The position numbers were made by a program, and so were the translations under genes. From the IMG/VR virus record IMGVR_UViG_3300034073_002120: DNA of 64,000 bases. The stretch is one strand, 5' to 3'. Every line of letters begins with the position of its first letter. Position 1 is the first letter of the stretch. Under the pieces are notes generated by a model, which was not told where the DNA came from, did not search any database, and worked only from the letters and a program-made list of their open reading frames with translations. The stretch comes from a virus (Duplodnaviria > Caudoviricetes). Positions 10,549-19,998 of the stretch are shown one piece after another.

Positions 10549-12563
10549 TAAACAACCCTCCCTTTAATATCTTTCGCTGGATATTTCAATTCAAATACTG
10601 ATGGGTCTAATGATGGGTACACCATTTTACCTTTTGTTGCTTCAGCAATGTTATATGAATATTGCGAATATTGACCTAAACATTTGTTTACAATTTCACA
10701 CTTCGGAACAGATTGAACTCCTTCAACACCTGCAATCAACAATTCTAATTCACTTAGATTGATTGCCATATTAAATGTCCAATTATCTATATTAAAGTAA
10801 TTTGTAATTTCATCAATACATCTTACCAATACTTCTCTTTTATTATATCCACCATACACCATAATTTCAAAATCTACACCGATGTTGATAATAAAACCAT
10901 CTAAAAGATTTACACCATCAGTCAACATTCTATATTCATTTAGATATGTTTTAAGATTTTGTTTTAATGCCTGATTTGTTCCAATTTGTTGTAAGTTTTT
11001 ATTTGAATTATATCCTAACACATATAAGTTTATTGCAAAAGGATTATTTTTTTCATTCAAATTATTTTTCTTACCAACTAAAAATTTGTTTACACTATCT
11101 TTAATTTCCATTTCAGATTTACCTTGCATGGATTGAACTAATTGTGTAAATTCTGATAAAGTATCTGGGTTTGCAAGAATAGATGATGGTGAATTATTAT
11201 CCAACTCTCCATCTGGTGCACAATATGCTTTAGCAATTCCACCATACTTTGGAGGTAATGATAATGCTCTTACTTGATAATCTTTACGAGTTACTGCACG
11301 ATTTTGAGATGAGAAATTTGCAAGTGCATTCTCTCTAATTTCCTCAATTGTTTCGGCACCTCTACCACCAACTGCAGTTACTTCATTTTCTACTGCAATC
11401 GAACTTTTAGCAGTTCTATATAATCCTAATTCATTATCCGTAAATGAATTTGTATCTTCATCAAACGATATGTTTTCAATTCTTGTTAAATCCCCAATTG
11501 GTGTGTTTGATGCAATACCACCACCAACTAAATACGAAACTGTTATAGTTGTATTGTTTGGTGCTTGTCCATATGATTTTGTTTTTAAGAAATTTGCGGG
11601 GTCAAATGATGCACCTAATTTATCTATTGATGAATTTAACCCTAATCCTACATTTTTAAAATTAGGAATAAGTGTTTCATCCGATGATGTTGAATTACCA
11701 CCACCGAATACCAAACTTGTTGAATTATCTGCGTTTACTTTTGTTACAAATCTACGAGATGTTTTTAATACCTTTAATATATTTGATACTGAATCTTTGA
11801 ATTGAACTAAATCTTTATCTGTATATTCATTATTTGGGTAATCTACGAATACCATTTCTTGTGCAAGATATGGAACTTCATACCATTTATTTCCATTACT
11901 ATCTCTCACATCGTATATTTCGATTACATTATCATCTGCTATATCGATTGTAGAAAATTCTTCCGGACTACCAAATGTTTTTTCGATAGTCTTTAATTCT
12001 GCAGAAATAGCATTTACGTGTTTTTTAATTAAGTAAAAAGCAGGTTCATCTCCATTTTTAGAATAAATTGTTATTTCTCTATCATCATCTACATTAAAAT
12101 CTAATAATTCAGTTGTTCTAAAAAGAGTTCCGGTTGAGTTTGCTTGAACTACCATCCCTTCTTTAATTCTTAAATAATATTTTGAATCGGGTCTATTGTT
12201 TACACCGATTCCAACTGCAGGAACTAATTGATAAACTGTTAAACTAACTAATGCAGGAGAAGTTACTTTTGGTTTATATCCTAAATATTGTGCAAGGGCA
12301 AGAACGTTTTCTTTATCCTCTGCATATAACATTAAAGATTCTTTTAAAGTATCATCGATGTAATATCCCATAACATCACCAATATATGATGCCATTTCTA
12401 TAAACATCATACCTGGAGATGATTCATTAAAATCTGAATATGTTTTTGGGAAATATGTTTTAGCATACTCAATTAAATTTTGACGGAAACCCGCAAAATC
12501 TTTATTAAGATATTTTATATCTCTTCCCTGATTACTTTTTTTTGTTATACTATTTAACGCCAT
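10548..12563 (-). CDS. Baseplate wedge subunit (T4 gp6/baseplate J-like)
   Basis: DFAGFRQNLIEYAKTYFP...SDF...GMMFIEM; GGRGAETIEEIRENA...QNRAVTRKDY. Confidence 0.85.
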   Translation of the reverse strand: MALNSITKKSNQGRDIKYLNKDFAGFRQNLIEYAKTYFPKTYSDFNESSPGMMFIEMASYIGDVMGYYIDDTLKESLMLYAEDKENVLALAQYLGYKPKVTSPALVSLTVYQLVPAVGIGVNNRPDSKYYLRIKEGMVVQANSTGTLFRTTELLDFNVDDDREITIYSKNGDEPAFYLIKKHVNAISAELKTIEKTFGSPEEFSTIDIADDNVIEIYDVRDSNGNKWYEVPYLAQEMVFVDYPNNEYTDKDLVQFKDSVSNILKVLKTSRRFVTKVNADNSTSLVFGGGNSTSSDETLIPNFKNVGLGLNSSIDKLGASFDPANFLKTKSYGQAPNNTTITVSYLVGGGIASNTPIGDLTRIENISFDEDTNSFTDNELGLYRTAKSSIAVENEVTAVGGRGAETIEEIRENALANFSSQNRAVTRKDYQVRALSLPPKYGGIAKAYCAPDGELDNNSPSSILANPDTLSEFTQLVQSMQGKSEMEIKDSVNKFLVGKKNNLNEKNNPFAINLYVLGYNSNKNLQQIGTNQALKQNLKTYLNEYRMLTDGVNLLDGFIINIGVDFEIMVYGGYNKREVLVRCIDEITNYFNIDNWTFNMAINLSELELLIAGVEGVQSVPKCEIVNKCLGQYSQYSYNIAEATKGKMVYPSLDPSVFELKYPAKDIKGRVV

Positions 12564-12570
12564 TTTTTTA

Positions 12571-13002
12571 TTATCCCCTAACTGTAAAAGTTATTTCTTG
12601 TAATTCAATTTGATTACCGACCGTAAACTGAACTTTCATATGTGCTATATGTCTATCCTTCATATCATCAGTCATTTCTATATCAATTTCTTCTATGTTT
12701 ATGTAAGGTAGCCAATAATTTACTGTCTGTGTAATTACATTGGTCAATTTACTTTCAAATTCACTATCCATCGGTTCAAATAATAATGCTTCTAATCCAG
12801 TTCCGAATTCAGGTTGCATTACTCTTTCACCTTGTTTAGTTAGGAGTAAATTTTTTAAGTTTGATTTAGCTTGTTCAAAGGAAGTAAAAGCCTGTTCAAA
12901 ATACCCATTACCTCCCCTTTTTATTGGTAAGGTAATTCCATACGCATATGAATCGTATTCTTTTGTATCTTTTACAATTTTATTTCCTAAAACGTATGCC
13001 AT
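12571..13002 (-). CDS. Baseplate wedge subunit gp25 (GPW/gp25 family)
   Basis: NLKNLLLTKQGERVMQPEFGT motif. Confidence 0.9.
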   Translation of the reverse strand: MAYVLGNKIVKDTKEYDSYAYGITLPIKRGGNGYFEQAFTSFEQAKSNLKNLLLTKQGERVMQPEFGTGLEALLFEPMDSEFESKLTNVITQTVNYWLPYINIEEIDIEMTDDMKDRHIAHMKVQFTVGNQIELQEITFTVRG

Positions 13003-13631
13003 TATTTTTTAAACCTCTTAACCAATTCTGAATTATCTCTATTTAAAATTCTATCTAAACCCGCCAAACCAGTTGATACACCTAAACCACCTTTGTTTCC
13101 ACCAACATTCATATCACCATAACCCATCTTCTCAGCCATTTGTGCTCTCATAGATTGAATACCTCCCATTGCTCCACCACTATATGAAATAGTTTCATCA
13201 ATATCTGGTTCAGCATCCATATAATTTGGAATATGTGAATTTGTATAACCTTCGTTAATAGGTTCAGATTGGAAATTATCTAAAATAGATGAACCACCAC
13301 CTACACCACCTTCTGCTCTTTGTGCTGAACTAAATGGTTTAGTTTGATTTAAAATATCGTTGATTGTTGGGTTTTTTGAAAATTGTCTAATAGGTTGTTT
13401 TGGTTGTACCGATTCTTTTTGAATCTTTGGCTGCACTCTTTCCTTATCTAACAATTGATTTGCAAGTTCAAATGGGTCTACATCTTCCAATATATCCTTT
13501 TTCTTAGGAGTTGGTTTTGTAGTTTCATTTAATAACTTACCAACTTCCTCTTTAATCATTTGGGGAAGTTGTTTTTTAATTTCTTGTTCTACTACTAATT
13601 TAATTAGTTGTGCTAATTTTTTAGAATCCAT
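13002..13631 (-). CDS. Conserved hypothetical phage protein
   Basis: 209-aa ORF coupled to gp25. Confidence 0.6.
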   Translation of the reverse strand: MDSKKLAQLIKLVVEQEIKKQLPQMIKEEVGKLLNETTKPTPKKKDILEDVDPFELANQLLDKERVQPKIQKESVQPKQPIRQFSKNPTINDILNQTKPFSSAQRAEGGVGGGSSILDNFQSEPINEGYTNSHIPNYMDAEPDIDETISYSGGAMGGIQSMRAQMAEKMGYGDMNVGGNKGGLGVSTGLAGLDRILNRDNSELVKRFKK

Positions 13632-13654
13632 TTTGAAAATATTTGTTTACTTCA

Positions 13655-13663
13655 TATAAATAT
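13655..13663 (-). promoter_or_regulatory. Putative late promoter ATATTTATA
   Basis: Motif upstream of 13631 start. Confidence 0.55.
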
Positions 13664-13685
13664 ATCTTCGTTAGATTTTGAATTC

Positions 13686-14672
13686 TTATGAGTATAAATT
13701 GGGGTTTTCTTTTAATTTTTTCCAATAAGCACAGAATTTCTTCTTTCTATCATCCAATCCATTATATCCACCATTTATTCGTTTTGTAATAAACTTTAAT
13801 GTTCCAATTGTATCATCTACTGCTGCTTCGTTTAATTTACGGGTTCTCCAAAACCAACATGCAGTTTCTGCAACATATTTTTTTTCAACTAAGGTAGAAT
13901 TAGCAACAACATCATCGGTTACTCCTTTTCTAAATTGTGCATAATTTGCTCTACCTGTAACTTGAATGTATCCTCTTCCTGCAAAACGAAACCCATCGCC
14001 TGGTTGTGTATTACCTAAGTCTTTTCTACCTTCATAACGTTGTTGTGCTGCAGATGGACCCCATATTTCTTTTGTATAAATAAAATTACCACTTTCATGT
14101 GCACATTGAGCAAGGAAATGAGCTTTTTGTAATGGGGTTTTTATTCCCCATTTTCTCATAGCATCAATAACAACTTGTGGTGGTTCTTTGATTCTTACAT
14201 TTCCACATTCTGCGATTTTTTCGGATGGAGGTTGATTTGCCGTTTCAGAATCTGCTTGAGTATCTGATGAACCTCCACCACTATCTACATCGTTTGATTC
14301 ATCCGGTGAAAATTCTATGGTTTCTCCACTCAATCCTGCGGATGTAGAATCATTTATATCATATCCTGCCTCAGTTGCACTTTCAGCCAATGCTTCTTGT
14401 TCAGGAGTTAGAGTTATTGCTTCTTCAATTCTTTTTTGTTCATCGGTCAATTCTTCAGGAGTTGATTCTAATACATCACCACCACCTCCAGCACCTCTTC
14501 CTGCAGGCGGAATTGTATAACCAACAAAAGGTACTGCACCAGGACCAGGTGTCATTAAAGGAGGATATAATGATGTTGTAAGATATGTTCCTTTAATGGT
14601 GGGCAAGTGAGATTGAATTGATGCAATCAATTGGTCTAAAAATACTTCACTGCTATCGGTTGGTTTTGCCAT
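13686..14672 (-). CDS. Baseplate-associated GH19 (chitinase/lysozyme-like) peptidoglycan hydrolase
   Basis: AHFLAQCAHESG, GDGFRFAGRGYIQVTGRANY, KRINGGYNGLDDR. Confidence 0.85.
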   Translation of the reverse strand: MAKPTDSSEVFLDQLIASIQSHLPTIKGTYLTTSLYPPLMTPGPGAVPFVGYTIPPAGRGAGGGGDVLESTPEELTDEQKRIEEAITLTPEQEALAESATEAGYDINDSTSAGLSGETIEFSPDESNDVDSGGGSSDTQADSETANQPPSEKIAECGNVRIKEPPQVVIDAMRKWGIKTPLQKAHFLAQCAHESGNFIYTKEIWGPSAAQQRYEGRKDLGNTQPGDGFRFAGRGYIQVTGRANYAQFRKGVTDDVVANSTLVEKKYVAETACWFWRTRKLNEAAVDDTIGTLKFITKRINGGYNGLDDRKKKFCAYWKKLKENPNLYS

Positions 14673-14675
14673 ATA

Positions 14676-15824
14676 TTAATAATAACATTTAATTCCCGGT
14701 GAATATTTACCCTTTAACATTGTCAATAATTGTTTTCGTTGTGAACCACCTCGTTTACAACTTATATGTAACCAAATTGAATTACCATGTTCAAAAATCA
14801 TTTGGTCAAAAGGAAGTGTTCCAGCAATCCATTTTGCAATTGGTAGATATTCTTTTGGTGAAACCCCCACAAATTGTAAATCTACTGCCTCACCTTTTTG
14901 ATGTTGTGATACTCCACCAGGAATTGAAGGTGCACCTCTAAAAGCTGAATTTATTTTCATATTTGGATATTTTGCTTTTATCGGTTCTAAAATATTAATA
15001 GCTACATTTTTTAAATTACAAACAATATCTTCTGCACTTAATCCAACTTGTGCTTTAATTTTATGAGGAAATACTGTTGCAATGGATAAATGTTTTAATT
15101 TAAAATTTGGAGATAATTGAGTATTGTAATCTAATGTTCCACCACATGATATTGGTTTGGCATTAGCAGATGATGTAGTGATAGCAACCTCATCTGGTGT
15201 TTGGTTTTGTTCATATGGTGGATTATCTTCACCATATTCACTTTGTATCGATTCAATTTGAGAACCACCATCTTCACCACCATCAGTTAAAAGTTCAACT
15301 CCGGTTTCATTCATAGCCTCTTCTGCACCTTCTAATGTATTATTATCATCTGGTATTCTTTCTAATAATTCTTCGGTTGTAGGTTCACCCTCACCTTCGG
15401 ATGGTATAACCTCTAATGGAGTTAAACTTTGAATATCAGTTGGTTGCCAAATACCAGGGTCGGTGATAAAACTACTAACAGTTGCTACATTCACAACTGC
15501 ACCCGGTGATGGTATAATTGGTGGTGGAACTTGACTCATTGTAGCACCTGTCCAATATGCAATAAATGCAGGTCCCATATTTGTAATAATTGGGTGTTCG
15601 CCAGATGGTTGTTGTAATGCAGTATTTAAGATTCCAGTCAAAGTGGCTTCCATTAATTCGGTATTACCTTTTGCTATCGGAATACTATTGGTAGTATCAA
15701 ATCCTCGTTTCACAGCCATATCATACTCCATAGTAAGTTTCTTTGCAAAATCTCCATAGGAACTAATTCCTTGTTGGTTTTGCATATAACTCAACATATT
15801 TTGTTTGAATATTTCTAATGACAT
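14676..15824 (-). CDS. Baseplate-associated peptidase M15 (Zn D-Ala-D-Ala/endopeptidase) domain protein
   Basis: LSPNFKL, INSAFR, SQHQKGEAVD, WLHIS. Confidence 0.85.
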   Translation of the reverse strand: MSLEIFKQNMLSYMQNQQGISSYGDFAKKLTMEYDMAVKRGFDTTNSIPIAKGNTELMEATLTGILNTALQQPSGEHPIITNMGPAFIAYWTGATMSQVPPPIIPSPGAVVNVATVSSFITDPGIWQPTDIQSLTPLEVIPSEGEGEPTTEELLERIPDDNNTLEGAEEAMNETGVELLTDGGEDGGSQIESIQSEYGEDNPPYEQNQTPDEVAITTSSANAKPISCGGTLDYNTQLSPNFKLKHLSIATVFPHKIKAQVGLSAEDIVCNLKNVAINILEPIKAKYPNMKINSAFRGAPSIPGGVSQHQKGEAVDLQFVGVSPKEYLPIAKWIAGTLPFDQMIFEHGNSIWLHISCKRGGSQRKQLLTMLKGKYSPGIKCYY

Positions 15825-15825
15825 T

Positions 15826-17052
15826 TTATTCCGTATAATTTAAAGTTGATAAGAATTTATCTAATCTACCCTTAATATCATTAAATGTACTACGATTTTC
15901 AGGACCTGTTGCCGTTGGACCTGCAGGTGTTTTGAATACTTGATTATTAATTGCATCAATTAATTCTTCTAATAATCCTTTTAAAGTTTCTCCTCTTACC
16001 AAAGGTTCTTTATCACTTTCAGTATTTAAAAAGATATTACCTTTACCACCTAATATATAAGTGCTATTATCATTTGTAGTGATACGAACATCTCCGTGAA
16101 AATCTAAATCAGCACCAGCTTTTCCATTATCAATTGACATTTTACCATCTGATATAAATCCCCAATTTCCTTTTGAAAAGAAAATCATTTCTTGTGTTTT
16201 TGATGAAAGTATAATTCTTTCGGTGTTTACAAGAACTTGGTCATATCCTTTTAATTCTGATGGATAATTTGAAAATTTAGTTGGTTTTGTTTCTAATGAT
16301 GATTGAAAATCCAATTTATATACACCAGATGTAATTGCAATCGTAGTTCCATCTTTATTAACATCTTCTTCGGTTAATGAACCTTTTTTTAATTTACTTA
16401 AAGATTCATCACTTTGTCTATTACGAAGAATAATGGTAGGTGCGTATTTTTTATCTTGATTATTATATCCACTAAAACGAATGCTTTGTCCGAAACGGGA
16501 TTGGATGATTCTATCACCTTCATATAATTTAAGAGGATTTATTTGCTTTGGTTCAAAATATTCACCAATTTTCGTCTTTCGTTCCTCATCACCACTACCT
16601 CCACTTGGAGTTCCAGTTGCAGACACTGTTGAATATTCACTAGCAGGTGAACCGGGTTTTTCAGTTGCCTGAAAGTTTTTTATATCTACGTTTTCAATTG
16701 CGTTTCCGGTATTGATATTTGTAGATGCAATTCTTTTATAATGTAATTTACCACCTAATGAAAATAATTCTACCGTCTCACCAACTAATGGAATACCTTC
16801 ATCACTACTGAATGGTTTATATGCCTTTGCACCCGTTTTACTAGCAGATGGGTCATTTAATTTTCTAATAACAGCACTACCAATAATACTTGTATCTTTT
16901 GATTCAACTTCACTAAAATCATACGTTTCTACTTTTGGATGTTTATCATCCAAAATCACATCTAACACAACACCAGTCATTACACCAGTTGCACCACCGG
17001 TATTAGGATTTGTGGAATATGATGCGTTTGATATTTGGGTTCTTTGACTCAT
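15826..17052 (-). CDS. Baseplate hub/puncturing protein (gp5-like)
   Basis: PLVGETV OB-fold, EGDRIIQSRFGQSIRF, beta-helix-like region, C-terminal PLVRGETL...TPAGPT. Confidence 0.7.
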   Translation of the reverse strand: MSQRTQISNASYSTNPNTGGATGVMTGVVLDVILDDKHPKVETYDFSEVESKDTSIIGSAVIRKLNDPSASKTGAKAYKPFSSDEGIPLVGETVELFSLGGKLHYKRIASTNINTGNAIENVDIKNFQATEKPGSPASEYSTVSATGTPSGGSGDEERKTKIGEYFEPKQINPLKLYEGDRIIQSRFGQSIRFSGYNNQDKKYAPTIILRNRQSDESLSKLKKGSLTEEDVNKDGTTIAITSGVYKLDFQSSLETKPTKFSNYPSELKGYDQVLVNTERIILSSKTQEMIFFSKGNWGFISDGKMSIDNGKAGADLDFHGDVRITTNDNSTYILGGKGNIFLNTESDKEPLVRGETLKGLLEELIDAINNQVFKTPAGPTATGPENRSTFNDIKGRLDKFLSTLNYTE

Positions 17053-17462
17053 TACTTACCAATCTTTTGTTTTAATTCTTCAACTTCGTTTGTCAATTCA
17101 TCTACCTTTGCATCTTGTTCATCTTTTACATCGTTGACAGTTACTTCAATTTCTTTCAATAATTGTTCTTTTTCAGCATCAGATAAGAATCCAACTTCAC
17201 CTTCGGATTTAGTGTTTGCAGTAACAATACGTTGTGCAATTGTTGCTAATTTAATTAACGCATCATCATTACGAACTGATACATCTACTAAATCTTTTAG
17301 AATTGGACCAATAACTGCCATATCACCTGCGTGACGAATTAACTTTCTCATTTCGGCTATTAATTCCGAAATTCTTGCTTTCTTATTTTGTTGATTATCG
17401 TAAATATCTTTAAATAATCCACTCAAACTTTTGCCAGGGAATATTTCAAATTCTGTGCTCAT
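17052..17462 (-). CDS. Conserved hypothetical helical protein
   Basis: 136-aa ORF coupled to the hub gene. Confidence 0.6.
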   Translation of the reverse strand: MSTEFEIFPGKSLSGLFKDIYDNQQNKKARISELIAEMRKLIRHAGDMAVIGPILKDLVDVSVRNDDALIKLATIAQRIVTANTKSEGEVGFLSDAEKEQLLKEIEVTVNDVKDEQDAKVDELTNEVEELKQKIGK

Positions 17463-17483
17463 ATTTATTAAATTGATTCAAGC

Positions 17484-17492
17484 TATAAATAT
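17484..17492 (-). promoter_or_regulatory. Putative late promoter ATATTTATA at the head of the baseplate operon
   Basis: Motif 22 nt upstream of 17462 start. Confidence 0.55.
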
Positions 17493-17499
17493 GATAAAT

Positions 17500-17528
17500 A
17501 AAAAAACCTCATTTTTAGTGAGGTTTTT
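17500..17528. terminator. Intrinsic terminator (bidirectional)
   Basis: aaaaacctca-tttttag-tgaggttttt flanked by A and T runs. Confidence 0.75.
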
Positions 17529-17531
17529 CAA

Positions 17532-17630
17532 TTAAGTGTGTTTTTTATAATTACCTTTTTTTTGTTGTTCGGTAATCGTTTTCTTAGCAATCTTCTTACG
17601 ATTTTTTTCTTTTTGTTGTCTTTTTGTCAT
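17532..17630 (-). CDS. 32-aa highly basic peptide
   Basis: MTKRQQKEKNRKKIAKKTITEQQKKGNYKKHT read manually. Confidence 0.45.
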   Translation of the reverse strand: MTKRQQKEKNRKKIAKKTITEQQKKGNYKKHT

Positions 17631-17639
17631 AGTAACCCC

Positions 17640-18449
17640 TTACAATTTTTTGATTTCAATTTTAATTTTTGGTTCATAACCTTTTGGTAAATTTACTTTA
17701 ACACCATGAAACTTATCAACTTTTTCATCAAAATAATTCAATTCAAAAATCAAATCGGTTAAATTTAATAAAACTTGTGATGATGTATTCATTTTATCAG
17801 TTTTACGTGCCATATTAAGATTTGATTTTTTACTGAACAAATCTTGTCTCAATGCATTTAAAACTCCTTGTGGGTCTTCTGCTTTTCCTGTCAATTTCTC
17901 TGCTGATGCTTTTCTTACTTTTGATGAAAGATAATCTGGTCCTTCGGTATATCCAGCATCCCAATGGTCATGTCCATGATTAGTTCTAACTACATGAGCA
18001 TCTGATTGGTGAATTGTGAAACGTGGATTGTGTTTTGATGTTGTTTCGATTGATACAACTTTATCTTCGGTTGATATAAAAGTATGGCCTTTAATACCAC
18101 CCATAAATTTAGCAGCAATTACGATTGTATCTTTTAGGGTTTTTTGTCCTAATGCTTCTCTGATTTTAATACCATCTTTGGATTTCTTACCTGTCTTTTT
18201 TACAAGTTGTTTTTCCTTTTCATCATAACCAACCATCAATGCAGTGTTTAACACACCAATACCATATTCGTTTATACCCTCACTCCAATCGGTGATTGTA
18301 TCGTGAAGATATACTACCTCTACTCCGTTTAATAATTCATGTACTACTTCCAATTCAGGTCTATACATTCTATCGCGGTTTTTAGCCATAACGACAGTAT
18401 CACCCATCTTTTTTCTAACTATAATACATTCATTCAATTTGGTGTCCAT
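17640..18449 (-). CDS. Ntn-hydrolase (C45/NRDE-like) with N-terminal Cys nucleophile
   Basis: CIIV...MAKNRD, GINEYGIGVLN, RTNH. Confidence 0.65.
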   Translation of the reverse strand: MDTKLNECIIVRKKMGDTVVMAKNRDRMYRPELEVVHELLNGVEVVYLHDTITDWSEGINEYGIGVLNTALMVGYDEKEKQLVKKTGKKSKDGIKIREALGQKTLKDTIVIAAKFMGGIKGHTFISTEDKVVSIETTSKHNPRFTIHQSDAHVVRTNHGHDHWDAGYTEGPDYLSSKVRKASAEKLTGKAEDPQGVLNALRQDLFSKKSNLNMARKTDKMNTSSQVLLNLTDLIFELNYFDEKVDKFHGVKVNLPKGYEPKIKIEIKKL

Positions 18450-18521
18450 TTCTTAGCCTGAAGAGATTGGTTAAATTCTCACGCTAATAAATATATTTTT
18501 ATTTCAAATTGATATAAAATA

Positions 18522-18752
18522 TTATTTCAATCGATACATGAACTGATAACCGCAATCATCATCGTAATCACAATCTTCAACTACTTCATTAAGATTACCC
18601 AATAATTCGTTCAATTTATTCACATCAACCTGTCTCCAGTATCCAAAACGAAAATACACATCGTTTGAACCACCCCAAACTTGTTTGATGTCAAAATCAC
18701 CAAATTCTAACTCAATTTTCTTTAATGTAGAAATATCTAATCCGTTTCTCAT
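18522..18752 (-). CDS. Hypothetical protein
   Basis: 76-aa ORF on the dominant strand. Confidence 0.55.
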   Translation of the reverse strand: MRNGLDISTLKKIELEFGDFDIKQVWGGSNDVYFRFGYWRQVDVNKLNELLGNLNEVVEDCDYDDDCGYQFMYRLK

Positions 18753-18764
18753 AATTTTTATATT

Positions 18765-18974
18765 TTAATATTCACCATAATGTGCAAACACCATATCACG
18801 TGTAACCAATTCCCACTTAGCTCTCTCATACATCTCCTCACTAATCAACATCTTCTCAAAGAAGATGTCTATATTCAACTCCTCAGCATCCACACCAGTA
18901 TGGATGGCTCTTAACTCAATAAAATCAACATACTCACTCACACTCATTTCAGAAAAATTTGGAAAAGAATTCAT
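18765..18974 (-). CDS. Hypothetical protein
   Basis: 69-aa ORF directly behind promoter 19011-19043. Confidence 0.55.
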   Translation of the reverse strand: MNSFPNFSEMSVSEYVDFIELRAIHTGVDAEELNIDIFFEKMLISEEMYERAKWELVTRDMVFAHYGEY

Positions 18975-19010
18975 ATTTTTATTGTTTTATGTTTAACTCT
19001 TATTACAAAG

Positions 19011-19043
19011 CTAACATACGAAGAATATTTTACAATTCCAAAT
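19011..19043 (-). promoter_or_regulatory. Bacteroidota sigmaA-type early promoter
   Basis: ATTTGGAA-spacer-TTCGTATGTTAG, 33-bp fixed span; resembles TTTG(-33)/TAnnTTTG(-7). Confidence 0.75.
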
Positions 19044-19064
19044 TTTTTGTAAAATATTTTCAAT

Positions 19065-19092
19065 AAAAAAGGGAAAACTTTCGCTTTCCCTT
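19065..19092 (-). terminator. Intrinsic terminator
   Basis: aagggaaa-gcgaaagt-tttccc followed by a T run on the minus strand. Confidence 0.7.
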
Positions 19093-19118
19093 AGTGAATA
19101 CCTTGTGATTATATTTGT

Positions 19119-19886
19119 TTAGAATTTAGTTCCGCAATGTGGACAGAACTTATGTGTATCTTTTTTTCTTTTAGCACCACACTCGCCACAATATAGAATA
19201 CCTAACTCTTCTTTGTGATATTGTTTATGTGATGTGGGTAAAATTCTCCACGCAACATTATGAAATGAATACGAATGGAAAGTTCTATCCGATGATGTAA
19301 ATTGTTGATTAGATGTATCACCTTTTTCAGTTGTACCGGTTTCTATCTTATTACTTCTAAGATTCGGACCTGAAAATGTATTTGATGTTAAACTTGCGTT
19401 GTTGTAATATGAGGTAGGGGTAGTTCCACTAATTCCTAATGTATTGGTAGTATATGTTGCACCACCTAACCAATTTCCACTACTACTCGTAGTGATTGTA
19501 CCATATCCACCATAGAAATGATTGGTAGTATTCTCATTAAAGAATTGTATTTCAACATATCCATTATTATCAATAGCACCTAAATTAACTGCCTCTTTTC
19601 CTACTTCATAGGTTCTGAATACAAATTTGTTATTTGAATCCAAGAAACGTTCTAAAAACACTCTCTCACCTGGTCTTAATACAATACCACCACCCGATAA
19701 GTAATCTTTATCGATTTTGATTTTTGCTAAGATGTGTTTTGGAGTTGGGTTGAATAATTCGATTTGGTATTCATCTCCATCATTAAGATAGACTTGACCA
19801 TCGAATTGTTTGATTCTTTGTTTACCTTTTGTGATAAACGCTTGCGGGTTTGACGGACTTCCGCTAGTCCAGATTGATTGTTTCAT
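19119..19886 (-). CDS. Hypothetical protein with C-terminal zinc ribbon
   Basis: YCGECG...FCPHCGTK. Confidence 0.65.
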   Translation of the reverse strand: MKQSIWTSGSPSNPQAFITKGKQRIKQFDGQVYLNDGDEYQIELFNPTPKHILAKIKIDKDYLSGGGIVLRPGERVFLERFLDSNNKFVFRTYEVGKEAVNLGAIDNNGYVEIQFFNENTTNHFYGGYGTITTSSSGNWLGGATYTTNTLGISGTTPTSYYNNASLTSNTFSGPNLRSNKIETGTTEKGDTSNQQFTSSDRTFHSYSFHNVAWRILPTSHKQYHKEELGILYCGECGAKRKKDTHKFCPHCGTKF

Positions 19887-19998
19887 TTTTTTCCTTTGTT
19901 TATTTGTTATTTAAAACTTCATTCGTTGGTATTTCTCCAACTCAACTGCCTCAAAGGACAGTGAAGGTTTAACCACAAGGTTTCGAATATAAGTATTA

